Assembly (NCBI RefSeq): GCF_009914755.1 | Contig: NC_060942.1 | Source of the DNA: the human T2T-CHM13v2.0 reference genome, Homo sapiens | Strand: one strand, 5' to 3' | Length of the DNA stretch: 64,000 nucleotides | Shown: in pieces, positions 61,201 to 64,000 of the stretch | How the letters are laid out: every line of letters begins with the position of its first letter | How positions within the stretch are numbered: the stretch's first letter is position 1 | Position numbers and translations under genes: made by a program | The notes under the pieces: generated by a model | Told to the model about the DNA's origin: nothing | Databases searched by the model: none | The model's input: the letters and a program-made list of their open reading frames with translations, nothing else

Positions 61201-62632
61201 TATTTATATATATATTTTCCTCCATATTTTTAAACCCATAATTATTACATAATTTTGAACTGTACAGAAATTGCATCATCCTTTGGCAACTTGCTTTTTA
61301 TCCTTGCCAATAAGTTTTTACAGACTTTTCTATATTGTTTTATGTAGTTCAAATTTATTCATTTTTCCTACACTTAAATGTCTTATGAGAATTGGATCAC
61401 AGTCAATTCTCATTTTCCTAGATCTTGGCCACAAGCATCTTACAGAATTAAAATGTTAGAGTATCCTTTTAGGATTTTTTCTATTATCATCTCCTTTGGA
61501 ATGAAAATGAAGCCAATTTTCATCATCACTGTGGGCCTCCAGAAATTTGTGGCAGCCCCATTAACCAGATGTGTTTCCCAAAATATGAATGAGGTCATTC
61601 TTATCAGGCAATTATCTCATTCCCCACTCATGGTGCAATCTAAACTGGAGATGAAAATTCCTTCAGCTTTGGCAAGCTTCTATCTGGCCTCTCATCTCCT
61701 AACTCTGACATGTATCTTCCATACTCTAAATTCAGACAGATGTGCTAATATACTGCACTTGAACATATTTCAGGTGCCTCACCAATTCAAAGACAATGTT
61801 TTATAGGGAGAGACTCTAAGGAGGGATAAAGAAAGTGAGAAGGCCTGCTGTGTTTGTAATTTCTAACCCAAATTCAGAATTTGGCTGAATAATTATTTTG
61901 AGATATGATACCTCTAATTCCATTATTGATCTTGAGTAACCTTGAATAGCAATTTGTGCCATCTGATGACTTTTTTATTTACTTGTATGACTGAATTCCT
62001 TTTTCCATAAAATGTAGCACATTGACCAAAAGTAAATTGTTGCCTAGTCATAGCATTTCTAAAAAATCTTTTGAAAAACAAATATTTTGGTACAGAACAA
62101 TTTATAGCATAAAAGAAGATTTGGGGTTCTCATTTTTAATCATTGGAATGGGAGATAGCTTTATAAAATATTAAAGAAAAGAAACATCACTTTATCAAAA
62201 GATAATTTTCCATGTAGTAACTGTTTTTTATATCACCTCTTCCCATTAGTTTCCTTGAATTTTTCAAGTCCCAGGATAGGATATACTTAATGAGAGCAGA
62301 GCAGTGTAAGTTCAAAGCATTCCTAAAACACTAATCACTCCCAACAAACGTGGGTAGAGATTTAAACATAATCCTCTAGGATTTCTGTTCATCTATGATT
62401 TAAAAATGGCCAAAGATGTTCCTTTATGTTCATCATATATTAATCTTGAAACATGACAGTAATGTAACTAGGTGGGATATTTAGGAATTGAACTTTTATG
62501 GGAAAAAAACACGTGGATCAATCTACTTTTCAAATTAAGCTTAGGATTGTTTTCACATAAAACCTTAAATCTAATTTAACAATAAACCATACTTTTAAAA
62601 AACATCTTTCCCAAATAATTATTATTGTTTTT

Positions 62633-62787
62633 CTTTTTCTTTCTTTCTTTTTTTTTTTTTTTGAGACGGAGTCTCACTCTGTCGCCCAGGCTGGAGTGCA
62701 GTGGCTCGATCTCGGCTCACTGCAAGCTCCGCCTCCGGGTTCACGCCACTCTCCGGCCTCAGCCTCCCAAGTAGCTGGGACTACAGG
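62633..62787 (-). mobile_element. 5'-truncated AluY (right arm only)
   Basis: 'tgcaagctccgcctcc...ttcacgcca'; TSD tattattgttttt on both sides shows the truncation happened at insertion. Confidence 0.93.
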
Positions 62788-63642
62788 TATTATTGTTTTT
62801 CAAAAACTTGATTTTGCCTCAGGGAAAGTAATATTTTTTGTAATTTTTAAGTTAATAACTGAAGTAAATGTGCACTAATATGTGCCAACTAAGATCAGTA
62901 AATGTAACCACAATAAAATGTGAAGAGCCTCTTTTGGGGGTTTTCCTTATAATGTGCTCTCCTCAGAGAAAATCTAAACTGTTCATACTCCCTCCATGCG
63001 TGAGGAAGCATCTGGTGATGGAAGCATCACCAGTACTAGATGCTGTCATCTTGTAAATTTTGGCAAGCTGACTGGTGAAATGTGATATCTCAGTATTTTA
63101 CTTTGCACTTTTTTGGTGATACTGAGACTTTCTACATATGTTTATTGGGGAAATTATTTCTTCTGAATTTGTCTATTTATAACCATGACAACATTTCCTT
63201 TGGGTTTTATTTTCTTCTGGATGTATAGGGGCTACTTGTATTTCAGGATCATAAATCCATTGCTACTATACTATATATGTCTTACATTCTTTCTGTCTTT
63301 AACTTTGCGTATGGTGTTTGTTATTGCTGTCAGTCTGTTTTTAGAGTGCTTAGGTTTTGTTTCATGGTTTTACAGATCTTCATCCCAATTTTTTTCTACT
63401 AGTATTTTCATTTTATTCATTCATTCATTTCTATGCAAGTACGAACACATGTGTGTGCATATGTGTACACACTTATCTTTACAGCTGTCGTTCATACAAA
63501 ATGACTCTTCTGTCTAGGTGGGGTTTTTTGTTTATTCAGTTTACAGCTAATTTCCCAACACTCTTCTCATCATCAACATGGGCAACAATTTTTTAAAAAC
63601 TTTAAAATTTTGAATTAATTATAAATTCACAAGAATTTGCTG

Positions 63643-64000
63643 TGTAACAAAATAGTTGGGTGGCTTCCATGCCCAGTTCCTGGGAGGTAACCTCGAAATT
63701 CTTGGGATTTCCTGAGTGATAGGAGTACCTTGTTATTCTCGGTAGGCCCTGATAGTTCACACCAATGAAGAGATTTTTCATGGACCCCTAAATGGTTTAG
63801 GCTAATGAAGTGTTTTGGGATGGGGGCTGGCCATGCCAGATAGACGAAGCATGTGATTAGAGGACTGGGGCTTTGAGCCACATGCTATCAACCTGGCCTC
63901 TGGGAAGTAGAGATGGGGCTGGAGATTAAGTCACATGGCCAATGACTCCATTAATTACACCTACGTCATGAAGCCCCAGTAAACTCTCTGGACACTAAAA
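63643..64000 (+). mobile_element. MER21-like LTR (runs off the window end)
   Basis: 'gttcctgggaggtaacctc...ttcctgagtgataggagt...ggggctggccatgccaga...catgtgattagagg'. Confidence 0.75.

Noticed and set aside
61378-61806. 142-aa + strand ORF in non-repeat DNA
   Set aside because: No recognisable domain or convincing splice signals; the length is compatible with chance.

Overview
Primate (most likely human or great ape) genomic DNA, AT-rich and dominated by interspersed repeats, consistent with an intronic or intergenic region. It contains 11 Alus and 2 FLAM monomers, several old L1s (including a near full-length L1MA2-like element at ~36.7-47.4 kb carrying four nested insertions), L2/MIR relics, MaLR elements (THE1, MST, MLT1, including three LTR-internal-LTR structures), an LTR14-type solo LTR, and DNA transposon relics (MER1B, MER44A, MER6). 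No protein-coding gene can be confidently identified; nearly all supplied ORFs are repeat-derived or low-complexity artefacts. The most notable structure is a ~4.5 kb GC-richer insert (19292-23777) that splits an old L1ME. It looks like a minus-strand retrocopy of an mRNA 3' UTR and contains an Alu and a ~1.9 kb G/T-only tandem repeat. Smaller oddities are a ~250 bp locally templated duplication inside an L1 5' region, a 19-bp inverted copy at an L1 junction, and a few weak splice-site-bounded exon candidates. I found no convincing novel biological system. Repeat subfamily names are recalled from consensus sequences by eye and need RepeatMasker/Dfam confirmation; boundaries without a TSD are approximate.
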